From Lytechinus pictus (Eukaryota), in contig NC_087252.1 in the NCBI RefSeq assembly GCF_037042905.1, forward strand, positions 7,814,001 through 7,878,000: DNA of 64,000 nucleotides, written 5' to 3'. A program made the position numbers and the translations under genes. The notes under the pieces are model-generated. The model ran no database searches and was not told where the DNA came from. It saw nothing but the letters and a program-made list of their open reading frames with translations. Every line of letters starts with the position of its first letter. The first letter of the stretch is position 1. This document shows positions 13,456 to 27,648 of the stretch, piece by piece.

Positions 13456-14357
13456 CTAGCTTGTTGTACTATTACTCGGTGTGTAGGGTGGTGGCGGTTC
13501 GGTTGGTCCTGGACCGTCCGCCCCTGGTTGCCAATGCGTCGGAATCGTTGAACTGGGGTCGGTTCTACCGCTTGCGTCCTGTGTCCAGATTGACCTTTCC
13601 GACCAGACGGGGTGTCCGTACTGATCGAGCGGGAATGCATATACCAACATGGTACCTTGTCCGGGTGTCTCCGGGATGGACTGGTATGATGTCGCCTGTT
13701 CTGGGCCATGATCAGGGTGGACGGCGCCCTCACAGTGACATGTCGTAGAGCCATTTGTATTGTACTGGTTTCTAAGCAGACTCTCCCTGCCTCGGCGTTC
13801 ATTGGCAACCCTGACAAGACTCGGGATCCTGCATATATCAATAAGCCAACCAATGCCGAATAGACCAAAGGTGAAGAAGTAGGCAAAGCCCCATCCCCAA
13901 CGGTGAAGATAGAAGTGGTGCATTCCCAGGATCCCTAGAGGAAACCACATCAGATATGCATCATCCACGTGGAATCTTTTATCATTGTTCTTCAGTTCCT
14001 CCTTGTTCCTGTAAAACAAGTACGGCATCCTACACAAGTCTACCAAGAAACCTACACCCATACAACCCATAGTCAAGAAGTAAATGACGCCGAACATCCA
14101 ACGACGCATATAGAAGTGATGCAGTCCAAGGAATCCCAACGGGAACGCAAGGGAGTAGGCATCATCAAGGTGCATCCGTTCGCTTGGGTTCAACGACAGA
14201 GGGCGTCCTGAGCGCAAAGTGCGGATATCCTGATTGGCTCTCCGTGTGAGGATCCATATGCGAAATAGATCGAAGAGCCAACCAACGCCGAAGAGACCCA
14301 TGGTCAGACTGTAGACGATACCATAACCAAAACGACCAAGATAGTAGTGATGACCGC
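13456..14357 (-). CDS. Multi-TM2-domain membrane protein, coding exon 2 (TM2 repeats 2-4, C-terminal PPPPY)
   Basis: ctttgcctgcag acceptor, phase 1 join gives GVFGGHHYYLGR; two further LGxHHFY..GxGWxxD-type repeats; ends EPPPPYTPSNSTTS*. Confidence 0.9.
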
Positions 14358-15739
14358 CTGCAGGCAAAGAACGAGAATGTCTACCATTTCAAATTTGTCT
14401 TTCAATTGCATGATGTAGTCTTTGGTACAACCATTAGCAAATATGCAGGTATAAATGACTTCTATTCTGGTATATTTAAAACAGAAATCATATTTAAAAT
14501 TATAAATCAGTTATTACCTGATTCTTTTTTAATGATGGTAATCATAAATTCAACTTCAAATATTTCCTTCATATATATGCCTTTCTTTATAGCATTGTAA
14601 GACAGATATTATATTTCCTGAAAGTTTATTCAAGGAAAGATGATTATTAACAAGTATTATCACTATTACTATCATTATTATTATGATTATCTTTTTTTAT
14701 CATTATCAAGTGAAACTACGACATAAGCTTGGACGTCATGTTTAGAAATTGTTTAGAAAGAGAGGACTTGGACATGAAGTAAATAAATTTTAGACATTCC
14801 ATTTACATGTACATGGCTTTTCCGTTTACATCTGGGCCCCGTCTTACAAAGATTGCGATTGATCCAATCAACCACAACTATGGTAAGCCAGCAATGTCAA
14901 CATCTATTATGTAAATTTGTTCACATTAATTTCTAGATATGATGTATATTCATACATACATCGTTCTCTTGGAGATTCAGTGTGATTCTCTTCGCTTACT
15001 AATTAGAGATTGTGCAAATTTATTATAGAAAAAATATGAATATGGATGGATTTCTATAAAGTTGAGATTGATGGGATCAATTGTGATCTTTGTAAGACGA
15101 TGCCCCGAGATCAGGTTCAAGTTCGAGTTAAATTTATTTAAAAAAAAACCTAGACATATAAGTACAAATCAATGAACAGATAATACAAAAATAATATATA
15201 TGAGAGGTTTTCGAGGACCCCTAAAGAGTAGAGCTTGTGAGTGGGGCCCTCAATAACTCAAACTGGGATGTAAACAATGAAGGAACATACTGTACATAAT
15301 AAGAATAAAATACAGATATGTACAGAAAAAAAAGCAAAAACAAATATGCAACACATACACACCCTCTCTCACACACGCACACACACGAATGGGCTGGCCA
15401 GCTACGTGATAACTCGTAGTTTTATAGAACAACAATTTCTATACTAGATTTAACCCAGATTATCAAAGAGATATCTTTTATCATTGTACTTTAAACCGAT
15501 AAACAGTTGTACAGTTCCTAATATCATAATCAGCAGGTAACCGGTTCCACTCTTTAATATAAGATCACTAATAAATTCCACGACAGAAATGTTATAGGAT
15601 GTTTGAAGTCAAGAGAAGCTATCTTTCATGGTATATTAATCATTTTTACGAATATTAAAAGAACTTTTAATACAAAATTTGGATCTGCTCTCAGAAAATA
15701 AAAAAAAACTACATATATAGATATAAATATCATGTTGAT

Positions 15740-17420
15740 CGGTGATGATGATGATCATCATTATCCATCATCATCATCACTAACATTATCATCACCATCA
15801 TCCTTCATCATCACCACCACCACCATCACCAGCATCATCACTACCACCATGATCATCATCACCATCAACCATCATCATCATTAATCATCACCATCATCAC
15901 CATCATCATCATCATCACCATTACCATCATCATATCGTAATTATCATCACCACCAATCACCATTATCAGTATTATCATCCCCAGTGCATCGTCATCATAC
16001 AATGTATCATCATTATCGTCGACCATCATTTGATTGAATTGAATACCATTACCATCACGATCATCTTCCATCCCATTTGTCATCACCATCATCATCATCA
16101 TGACCATCATGATTATCATCATCATCACCATCATCACCATCATCATCATCACCATCATCATCCTTCAGCATCACCATCATCATCATCACCATCATCATCT
16201 TCATCATCACCATCATCACCATCGTAATCTTCATCATAATCATCATCATCATCACCATCATCTTCATCATCACCATCATCATCATCATCACCATCAGAAT
16301 CATCGATCATCACGCTCATCACCATCATCACCATCATCTTCATCATCACCATCATCATATATCGAATTATCATCACCACCAATCCATCATTATTAGTACC
16401 ATCATCCCCAGTGCATCGTCATCATTATCGTCGACCATCATTTGCTTGAATTGAATACCATCATCACGATCATCTTCCATCCCATTTGTCATCACCATCA
16501 TCATTATCATCATCATCATCATGACCATCATCATGACCATCATGATTATCATCATCATCACCATCATCATCATCACCATCACCATCCTTCAGCATCACCA
16601 TCATCATCATCACCATCATCATCTTCATCATCACCATCATCACCATCGTAATCTTCATCATCATCATCATCTTCATCACCATCATCATCTTCATCATCAC
16701 CATCATCACCATCGTAATCTTCATCATCATCATCATCATCATCACCATCATCTTCATCATCACCATCATCATCATCAGAATCATCGATCATCACGCTCAT
16801 CACCATCATCACCATCATCTTCATCATCATATATCGAATTATCATCACCACCAATCCATCATTATTAGTACCATCATCCCCAGTGCATCGTCATCATTAT
16901 CGTCGACCATCATTTGCTTGAATTGAATACCATCATCACGATCATCTTCCATCCCATTTGTCATCACCATCATCATTATCATCATCATCATCATGACCAT
17001 CATCATGACCATCATGATTATCATCATCATCACCATCATCACCATCATCATCATCACCATCACCATCCTTCAGCATCACCATCATCATCATCACCATCAT
17101 CATCTTCATCATCACCATCGTAATCTTCATCATCATCATCATCATCATCATCACCATCATCTTCATCATCACCATCATCATCATCATCACCATCAGAATC
17201 ATCGATCATCACGCTCATCACCATCATCACCATCATCTTCATCATCACCGTCATATATCGAATTATCATCACCACCAATCCATCATTATTAGTACCATCA
17301 TCCCCAGTGCATCGTCATCATTATCGTCGACCATCATTTGCTTGAATTGAATATCATCATCACAATCACCTTCCATCCTATTTGTCATCATCACAATCAT
17401 CCTCACCATCATCATCAGAT
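15740..17420. repeat. (CAT/CAC)n microsatellite organised as a ~420-470-bp higher-order tandem repeat
   Basis: Marker ccccagtgcatcgtcatca recurs at ~15979, 16406, 16878 and 17302; lies in the TM2 gene intron. Confidence 0.9.
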
Positions 17421-17621
17421 TGTCATCGATATACTGAGTCAAAATGTAAGGGTTCATAAAATCATGAATTTTTAAACCAATAATTAAATTACAGTGTATT
17501 GCGTTATGCGTCATGATATATATTGCATATGATTATGAGTAATATTTGACCTCATGCTGCATGTTATTTATTAATTTTTTGGAGATGAAATTGATGGTGG
17601 CGGGCTGATCGATGTACTCAC

Positions 17622-18366
17622 CAAAAACACCAACAGGGGGTAGCCAGAACAAGTAGGCGGAGCACAGACTCCTCTCATACAGTTCATCAAATGGTCCTCC
17701 GTAGAGGATGTAGCCACGCTCTGCATCAGCTTTCCTCTTCTCATTGGTTTTCTTGACGAGCCATGGCAATCTGAACCAGTCAATGATCCACCCGATCCCA
17801 AACACCCCGAAAGTGAAGAAGTAGAGGAACCCGATGCCTATTCGTCCCAAGTAAAAGTGGTGCAGTCCCAGAAAGCCAAGGGGGAGGCACAGGATGTAAG
17901 CTTCGAGGAGGGACTTTTCCTCGACTTTAATCGGGGGTCGCTTTGACATCAAACCCTGGTTGGACTCTGACGTCGGGTCGGGATCTGAGTTTTGTTGTGG
18001 AGCCTGCGCCTGATGGGGCATGGATGGCGGGAAAGATGTTGCTGCCTGTGGTGGATTTTGCTGTGGGTGTGGTTCCAACTTTTGTTCAGGTGGTGGGGGG
18101 AGTGCAACTGTAGGTTGCTGTTGTGGTTGTTCGTGTTCTTGCTGTAGTTGCGACTGATGCATGTTTTGGTAACCATCCCACTGGTCCTCTCGAGGAGCCG
18201 ATGCCTGGGGGTATTGAATGGGTTGGGCCCCGGAGTCGTTCGGCGGGTAAGGGTAAGACGTACTCGGTGAAGGCAGTCCCGATCCGCCGACCTTAGCCAT
18301 GTTAGCCGTCCCTTTCGCTATGTCCACCAGCCGTGGTTTATCCGGATCCATATGATTGCGCTGCAT
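17622..18366 (-). CDS. Multi-TM2-domain membrane protein, coding exon 1 (P/Q-rich N-terminus, TM2 repeat 1 and start of repeat 2)
   Basis: ORF with SLLEAYILCLPLGFLGLHHFYLGR..FTFGVFGIGWIIDWFRLP; donor G|gtgagt at 17621; start Met could be 18366 or 18351. Confidence 0.88.
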
Positions 18367-21300
18367 TGAATTAAAATACCACTTGTTGAAGAAATTATCT
18401 AGGATATGCTAATTTCCTTTATGCTTGAAATGGGTCGTGCAATTAACTTCCGAGAATTACTTCTCCTGTTTTCAGTCTCTGAGTCTGATATTCTGTTTCG
18501 AAGGTTCTCATAAAACCCCTAATTGCTCACGTACGTCCAACATAAAATCCACTATACGTACACCTTGTATGACCACTGTTATCCAATATTATCCACCACT
18601 TATTACGTCAAAGCGTTGAATAGTATTGCTATTCAATGATCAAATGATATGATAACACCACTGTACTGATAATAACACACGGTTATCAGAAACAGACAAG
18701 TCATTTAGTCACTGTACATGTACTTCATGAAAGACAACAAGACTGCGTCCGAAAAAGATCGATTGACTCGGGTGGACTAGTCTACAACATATATTTCTAG
18801 TCAGTGCGTAATGCGCCAGTGTCTGAAGGAAGGTCTAAAATTAAAAACAAAAAGTTTACTGATTGCAAAGTAAGTTGTAAAATCAAATTTTCCGTATTTT
18901 TTCTTGTTCTGACCCAACTCAAGATCGGCCTAGATAGACTTGTGCTCAAAACAAGTTTGTAAAATTGTTTTAGATGTGGAAAGTGTTTGTATTGTAAGAC
19001 TAGCAGGCCTACGTTATGTGCTATTTATAGCGCGGAAGCGAGTCACATGATGAGGTAGTGTTTGTTTGCAGACCTCGTGCAGTGAACACAATAGATCGGA
19101 GAACGCCGGTGTTTCTTCTTGTGCATTCACGTGATAATGTACTGCTCGTCTCTGGACAAAGGTCGAAAGCCCTAAATTTGAACCCTCTTCACATGGCTAG
19201 TTAAATCGATTTAAATTAGGTATATAGCTATATCCTGCACAGCGACTAACTTTGAGACCAAGTTCCTGGGGAATTCCAGACGGGATTCCAAATGAGAGAA
19301 GAATAGATGTTGGTTGCGAGCCCTGCATGATCGACTCCCCCGTGGCGGAGCAGGATCCGGGGGAGGGGGGGGGGGGGGCGGTGGTGGATGGGTCATAGTT
19401 CGTAGGGTCATTTTTTTGTCAATTTCAATCAAAACTTCTCATGCACCTTCGTGATTTTTATTATCTTCACCCCCTCCCCGCCCCCCCCCCAAAAAAAATG
19501 CTTATATGGAATTGCATCCCATTTTTTTTTTTTTTTTTTGGGGGGGGGGCAAATTTGGTTCGAGCTAGGGTAACAAGGAGAAGTTTCATATTTGCGCCGA
19601 GAAAGGGGGGGGGGGGGCAGTAAAAGTACGATCGGCCCAGATTCATTTCAAGTTAAAGGTTTCATATTTATTGATCAAAATCCAAACATATTGGATCATT
19701 CTCAATTTTACAAGCACTTTTATGGGCAATTGCAGTGAAACACAAAGTTACAAAATAATCAAACATATAAATACGAAATACAAAGAGAGATATATAGATA
19801 GAAATATAGTGGGTCCCTATACAGATAACAGTTAAGAAACATTAAAATACTAAGGTCACATATTGACAAATTATGGTTAACAATTTTCCATGTTGAACCC
19901 TAAAACATATTGATACATATTCAAATCAATAACTGGCCTCTTATAACAAAGGTAAAATTATATGTTTTTCTTTCTTTCTTTTTTCTTTTGAAAGTTTCTT
20001 TGCACGATTTTCAAATATGTAAATTATACTAGGCTCAAATCAAATTAAATATAATCAAATAAAACAGCCTATCAAAAAGACGATAATTATCACGGGTGGG
20101 TGAAGTGACTAGTCTGCAGTGCAGGACCCCCGCCCCATCTCCAGAATTTCATGAAATTTTGGATCTCGCCTATACCTTATGATTTGAATAAACATAAAAA
20201 TATATAATATGAGAGCTAGGTCTGAGGTGCCGATCTAGATCTAGGACCAGCTTATGTCTAACTTAAAATAATAGTGGCTTATCATATTGTTCATTTGATG
20301 AAAAGCTAGGGTAGGCCTATATAGGAGTGGTCCGGTCATAGTGGATCCAAGATTTCGAAATCGAGGTATATATAGGCAAAAAGCAAATCTGAAATTATTG
20401 GAGGGGCAGGTGATTATTTTAAATTTCCATTAAATATGCAGCTTTATAATGGATGCATGATTCCTAATATAATGGAGGGGCTCGCCCCCGCCCCCCCCCC
20501 TTCCGGATTGGATCCATCACCGATTCATGGTTTCGAAATGGAGGCACCACAAAGAGCAAATCTGAAAATAAGGGAGGTGACTATAGGCATATTTTCCTAG
20601 GATTTTACTCCATTGATATTAAGCTTCAGATAATTCTAAAAATAATAGAGGGGTACGCGTCTCAGACCCCCCCCCCCCCCCCACCGGGACCATCATTGAT
20701 TGGAGCAACATAGAACCTTCTGAGGCTATTCGGGCGCCCGTTTCATTAAACTTGTTGCAATAAAAAAAAATTGCAGTAACAGTTTAAAGCTATACTGTAA
20801 TCCTTAAATCTGATTGGCTGACAGCAAAGATTTGTCATACATGTACATACTCTTTATTTGTTATCATGACAAGTCATATGAAACGGGACCCTGATGATTC
20901 TGTTTCAGTCCATGGCCCCCAGCCCATGCCCCTTCCCCACCAGGCTGTACACCAAAAATTTCCACGACCAAGAAAAAAAAAAGCGAAACAGAAAGGAAAG
21001 GAAAAGTGGAAATATTTCATTTTCTGAAAATAATGTCGAAATCTATTACAGTTCTTAGCAAAAAATGTTGGAGCCCTCATGAATGAATACCTTGTTTTCT
21101 ACCATCTTTCTTTTTGACATATAGTAATAGCTCTTCATCATTTTCAAGCTTTTTTCACTCCGCATTTCTATTGTGATTTCACCTTTTGGTTATTTTCACT
21201 AGGAAAAAAACACAAACAAATCAGAAAAAGTATAATGATGCAGTTTGCGTCATGACTTTTGTTAACCTCTTTGTGTTCTCTCAATATGTATTGGTAAATG

Positions 21301-21380
21301 ATAAACTTGGTTTTCTATCCACTCAGTCTACAAACAGGTGGTCTTATTCTCAGATCGGCCGATGCCGCCATGGCTCATTC

Positions 21381-21555
21381 CAGTGGCCTACCTAGGATTT
21401 TCCAAAGGGGGGAGGGGCCCACTTAGCTCGTCAGGAATCAGTTTTGACTCGTCAGGTGGGGGGGGGGAGGGAGAGATACGTCCCTTGCATGTGTTGTGAC
21501 TCGTCAGGGGGGGGGGCAGTCTGCCCCCTGCCCCCCCCCCTTATGTACGCTAATG
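21381..21555. mobile_element. hAT-like MITE
   Basis: CAGTGGCCTAC...GTACGCTAATG, TSD GCTCATTC. Confidence 0.75.
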
Positions 21556-21870
21556 GCTCATTCCAATTCAACTATTATCAATTTGGTCTAATCACTGATG
21601 GATCCGGGGGGCATATCAGATCCGTGCCCCACCCCCCTTGGGAGCCATAATCAAATTTTATTAATGTAAATATGCCGTTCTTACACAAGTGTGCACCCCT
21701 CCTCTTGAAAGTCACAGCATATATTTTTTCATGGGAATATGTCGCTCATACAAGTGAGGTTTTTTTTTGCTTGTAAAATTTTCTTTGGCAAAATGTGCCC
21801 CCCCCTTCAAAAAATCATGGATCCGCCCTTGTCTCCATAGCTGTTAGCTTAATCATAATATGTTGGTCTA

Positions 21871-23826
21871 CAGGGGCGGATCCAGCTTCCGACAATATTT
21901 TTTTCACCCATATTTTCCCGATCGGCCACTCAAAGTTGATTTTTGTTTGTTTCTTTGAAGGGGTTGTCCCATTGGCGTAATGACCAACAAATTTTGAGGG
22001 GGCTCGATGTGGCGTATCGCGTAAAATTGATAAGAAGTTGCGAGCGAGCGAATCGAGCGAGCAAAAAAATGTTGACATTTTTATTACAAAACTCCAAGTT
22101 TGTGATAGATTTAGAATTTGAAATAACATTTAGAAAATAACATCATATTTCACCCTTATCCCTCTCCTTTTTTTTTCTTGCTCGTGAAAAATGGGGGAGG
22201 GGGGCAAAACACTTCGGTCCTATAACAGTCATTTCTTAGCTTTATTCTTATAAAACAACATAAATGTGTAAAAGGGCTCATAAGCCCTATATGAATAGTG
22301 CGAAAGCGGAATTTCATGTATTTTGTCCTAAAACTTGAACACTCTAGACATTCTGGATATTTTTTAATATGCGTTCTAGCCTGATCGAAAACGCAGTTGT
22401 TGAGAATGTTTTGCAGTTATTTCATTACGACGATGCATATTTCAACGATAAATTATGTGAGCGCTAAGCGCGAGCTGAAAATTTTTGACATTCCGACCTT
22501 AAAAATTTACATTCTAAGCACTTTTGTTTTAATCATTAACGGTATTAATGCGAGCACGAACCGCGAGCAAAAAAAAAAGAGATTTCTGACCTCGTTTTAT
22601 AAATCATGAAAAAAATGAGCAATTTGGTATCTTCCTACATTGATAATGCGAGCGCAAAGCGCGAACAGAAAATTGATATTCTGATCTGAAGCTGGATAAT
22701 TTGATTTTAGCACATTTTGAATAAAGACCAAGTTGTGTATCTCAATAAACATGCGTGCGCTTGTTTTAGAGTTTGGCAAAATCTGGGCATTCTGAATATA
22801 TTATTTTCTTTTTTTATCATAGGAATCGATAACGCGAGCGCAAAGTGCGAGCTGAAAATATTTGATATTTCGGTATGAAAAGGGTGAATTTAAGCACTAT
22901 TTAAAGCACTGATGTGTAAGGAAATTATGAAGTGGATGTGGATAGCACTTAATAAATGATTCGAGCGCTAAGCTTCCTAAACGCGATATGAAACTTGTCG
23001 ATATTCCTTTCTGAAAAAGGGAATTTAGTTATCAGGAATTCATAAAAAATTATTATCATATTTATTAATCTAGCTAATAAGCCTAATGATTCCGTGAAAT
23101 TTGTTAACGTTGAGGCATGAAAACTGAATATATTAAGCACTTTTGTATTCATGAATAAGATTGATGGGTTGATATATTTTGAACAATTAATGCGAGCGCA
23201 AACCGCGAGCCGAAATTTTTGATACACTAGTGTCATAAAAGGAGTATTTTAAGTAGTTTATTTTAGAATTAATATGGGTATGCATGTACTCACCAATCAA
23301 AATGCCAGCGCGCAGCGCTAGCTGATATATAGGCCATTGTTTTTGACAATCACACCTATTTTGATAATCTTATGGAATATACATAGACAATATGTAGGCC
23401 TAATTGGCAAATCAAACAATGCGATTCCCACCATAAAACGGACATATTACGGATCACTTTTTAAAAAATCTATCTGTAAATCAAACAAAATAATGAAAGC
23501 TCGATGTCCGAGCCAAAATATGCTTTGTATATGGACTTCATAACTTGATATTTTTTTAGCTACATATCAGCCTATTGAGCAAGATTTGTCTCTCATCGAA
23601 CAGGCAATGCGAGCGCGAAGCGCGAGCGAAAATTCAATATAGTGACATGAAATATTTTTTAAAATTATCTTCTAAGTCTTCCCCTGACCTTATTTTATTC
23701 ACTCGTCTCCCTCCTCTTATTTTTCCTTTTCTTTTTTTTTCTTTTCTTGCTTTCCCCCTATTTTTTGCTCCGCCGATGGGGGGGGGGGGGGGGCGGGCCC
23801 CATCGGCCCCACTGGATCCGCCTATG
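21871..23826. mobile_element. hAT-like element with internal gcgagcgc-aagcgcgagc tandem repeats
   Basis: CAGGGGCGGATCCAG...CTGGATCCGCCTATG termini; same internal motif as 38168-39103; TSD not clear. Confidence 0.6.
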
Positions 23827-24084
23827 GTCTAATGCTCACCTGGACTATGTGTAATTTCGTTACCAGCTTGTCCAATATCCACCATACGTCTATATATTTA
23901 TTTCATTATTTGGCATTTCGTCAAATGAAAATTTGGTTCATAAACGATTAATATCTAATCGTACAGTAACAGTCTAATTGATGTTAGACCCGAGTGTAAT
24001 ATTAGACGAAATACGGTTATAAGCCTGACTGGACATTAGACAAAATGGTTAATGGAAATGACACTTAGACCAAGTAGTAAGGAC

Positions 24085-24369
24085 CATAGGCGGCGGAAGC
24101 GGGGAGGGGGGGGGGCGGGGGCCGTGTCCCCCTAGACTTGAGGTGGGGGACGGACCCCCCACCTCAATTTCTGTTGATGACCTTTTTTTTTGGCTTGTCA
24201 ATTTTGTTTCCTGCGTCCCCAAAAAATTCAGGTGGACCCCCCTATAATTGTTGTGCCCCCCTAAAATTTTGGTTGATAACCTTTTTTTTTTTTTTGCTTG
24301 TCCAATTATCTGTGTCCATTCCAAAATTTCAGGTGGACCCCCTAAATTTTGTGGCTTCCGCCGCCAATG
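24085..24369. mobile_element. hAT-like MITE
   Basis: CATAGGCGGCGGAAGC...GCTTCCGCCGCCAATG, TSD GTAAGGAC. Confidence 0.85.
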
Positions 24370-24871
24370 GTAAGGACCAGTGACAAACGGTAGACGAACT
24401 AGAATTCGACAATATTGGGACTGAGACCAAATAAATATAGACCAAGATAAATGGCAATGCACGTTTACGATAAAACGAGTGATATGCATATTGGTCTATG
24501 TTATGAAAGGAGGAAACAAAATATCAAAACAAAACAAAACAGATGATAGTGATCTAATTTCAGGAAGTCTTATCATTTCCTTCTTGTGTGTCGTTAAATG
24601 CTTTCAAATTTATTTTCAGATGTGAAAGAGTGTAGATCTGTGAGTGTTTGCTAGGCACCACCACATACTGCCATGGTAGTTAATAAAACATTTATGACGC
24701 TTTACATGACGTCATAACCAAACAATTGTGTTGGTATTATTTCCTTTGATATCAACTTTAACCCTCGCCCGACATTATGGAAATCACGCCATATTCTCCT
24801 TTGATCTTCGTCCTCACTATTCTTCTTTTTATTCTCCATGAAGCTCTTATTTCATATGATCCTTCCTCTTC

Positions 24872-27648
24872 TAGTCCAGGATAGGCCCCATAGACAAGGG
24901 GTCGAACCTTGTTTTTTTAGATATACAATGTTTTTTGATGGTTTCTTGTCAATTCGAGGGTGCTGATTCCGAATCTGAATGATGCCACTCTTGTAACCTT
25001 GAGCATTTTCCGCAAATTGGCAAAATCCAATATGGCCGCCAAAATATGCAAATTACCCATGAAAATCATAAAATTGCCAACACATTAGCTATAAAATGCA
25101 TGTAGTTGTTGTGCAGAAGTGAAATACCAATTGGAAAAGCGATATTTGACAAAATATTTATTTTATTGATATTCAAAATGGCCACCATAACCCCTGTATA
25201 CTTTATTATGTAGAATATGAATGGGGAAAATATTTTTTCAAACAAGAGCACTATTATTGCATGTTATTGTGACCTGCGAGTGGACTAGTGTCTGAAAACA
25301 TGACTATTAACAAAACTATGTCATTTGTATACTATCTAATGTGATAAATGCTGTATTATGATATTCAAAATGGCTGTCATAGACCCCTCATACTGTGTAC
25401 AATATATAAAAGGGGACAAATAATTTTCACAACCTTTGAATTTGTTTGACTTTAAAATGCCAATAACTGCGAAATATTGGTGTAACACTGTCTGACAACA
25501 AGGATTTCTAACGAAACATATCATTTCCCTTGCAATTTCGGTAATTATGCTGCATGTTGACATTCAAAATGGCTGCCATAGGCCCTATCTGTATTATGAA
25601 CAAAGCGAATGGAGAAACTAATTTTCACAAGAGTAAAAACAATAAAATGAATGTAATTGTAATCTATACGAGTGAAATATTGTCTAAACACATGATTTCT
25701 GGCGAAACATATCATTTCATTTTACATGCATGAGATAAATGCTGTATTGTAAAATTCAAAATGGCCCCTATGGGCCCTTACAGTATTATCTACAATGTAA
25801 ATGGGGACAAATACTTTTGAAAGAATTAGGATTTGCCTGACTATGAAATCCATATAATTCTGTTGTATAAGGAAAATATTGTTTGAAAACGTGATTTTTT
25901 TAATGAAATATAACATTTCCTCTCCCATAGGTGATAAATACTGTATTTTGACTTTCAAAACGGCCGCACAAGCCCCTACAAATTCTGTAATATGCGTATA
26001 GGGAAACAAATCATCACCAGAATGAGAACCAAAAACGCACGTAACTATGTGATGTATAGGTAAAATTTGGTCTTGAACATGATTTCTGACTAAATACATC
26101 ACATAATGGTTGAGAAGGTAATAAAGGCCTTACTTTGAAATTCAAAATTGCTGCCATAGCCCAAAGTAGTATGTACATTGTAACTGGGGACAGATAATTT
26201 TGACAAAATTTTTACTATGAAAATGGCTTAATTTTGATTTAAGTGTTAAGTATTGTCTAAACCCAATGATTTCTAACGAAATATATCATAGCTTGTGTCA
26301 TAAAGGTGATGAATGCAGCCTTTTAAAAATGAAAAATGGCCGCCATAGTCCCTTATCTTAATATGTAAAATTTGAATGGGGAAAGATAATTTCCACAAAG
26401 AAACATATTGCAGCCATTTTGAAATTTAAATATAGCATTTATCACCTAAATAACATAAGAAATGATCTATTTGGTTACAAAATCATATTTTCAGACGATA
26501 TTTCACTCATACATGCAACACCATTTAGTCAAGCAAAGCCAAATTCTGTTAAAATTATATGTTCCCATTCACAAAGTACATAATAGGCCTACCGTTAGGG
26601 CCTGTAGCGGCCAGTTTGACTTTCAAAATACATTATTTATCACCTACCTGGCAGAATGAATGGTATATCTTGTTAGGAATTATGTTTTCAGACAATATTT
26701 TACTCTTAAATCACAATTATATGCATGTTATGGTGCTGACTCATGTGATAATTGGTTTCCCAGATCGATTGTACATAATACAGTCAATGTCTTTTGGCGG
26801 CCATTTTGAAAGTCAAAATACAATATTTAACACAAATATGAAACCCGATTAATATATTTCGTTGCAAATTATATTTGAAGACAGTATTCCACTAACCACA
26901 AAAAAATACGTTTTAGTGCTCACCTTGTGATTGTTTTTGTCCTCTCTCACATCGTAGATCATAATTTTAGGGCCTTTGGCGGTCATATTAAATATCAAAA
27001 TACAGGGTTTATCACATACATGGCATGTTAAATAATAAATTTTAACAATAATGTTTTTAGTCAGTATTCCACTCGTTTATCTCAACAAAATGCATTTTAG
27101 TGCTCACTCTTGTGATTTTTTTGTGTCACCATTCACATCGTACATAATAGTGTTAGGGCTTTTGAAGGCCATTTTGAATATCAAAATACAGGATTTATCA
27201 CATAACTGACATAACAAATGATATATATCGTTAGCAATCATGTTTACAGACATTGCTTCACTCATAGATCATAATTACTTGCATTTCAGTGCTCAATTTT
27301 GTAAAAATTAATTTTCCCCATTCATATTGTACAGGGGTCTATGATGGCGGCCATTTTGATATCAAGAAAATAAATATTTTGACAAAAATCATTTTTTCAG
27401 ATATTATTTCACTCCGGCAGCACAATTGCATGTACTTTAAAGCCAATGTGTGGACAATTTTATGATTTTCAAGGGTAATTTGAATATTTTGGCGGCCATA
27501 TTGGATTTTGCCAATTTGCAGAAAATGCTCAAGGTTACACGAGTGGCATCATTCAGATTCGGAATCAGCACCCTCGAATTGACAAGAAACCATATAAAAA
27601 CATTGTATATATAAAAAAACAAGGTTTGACCCCTTCTATCCTGGACTA
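24872..27648. mobile_element. Non-autonomous Academ-like foldback element with ~190-bp internal repeats
   Basis: TAGTCCAGGATAG...CTATCCTGGACTA termini, >200-bp TIR, TTC on both flanks (3-bp TSD); superfamily inferred from TAG ends plus 3-bp TSD. Confidence 0.75.

Noticed and set aside
13395..14211. Overlapping ORFs 13395-13748(+), 13446-13886(-) and 13969-14211(+)
   Set aside because: Shadow frames of the GC-richer TM2 coding exon
15865..17514. Poly-His, poly-Met and poly-Asp ORFs
   Set aside because: Translations of a (CAT)n microsatellite inside the TM2 gene intron; open in many frames, with no splice or codon evidence
13456..18366. Assignment of the TM2 gene to DNAJC22 or TM2D1/2/3
   Set aside because: No J-domain (HPD in a helical domain) and four repeats instead of one; no gene symbol can be supported
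21126..21245. ~120-bp segment repeated at ~30690-30805 as evidence of a PSENEN duplication
   Set aside because: Non-coding and not accompanied by PSENEN exon sequence; more likely a dispersed repeat fragment
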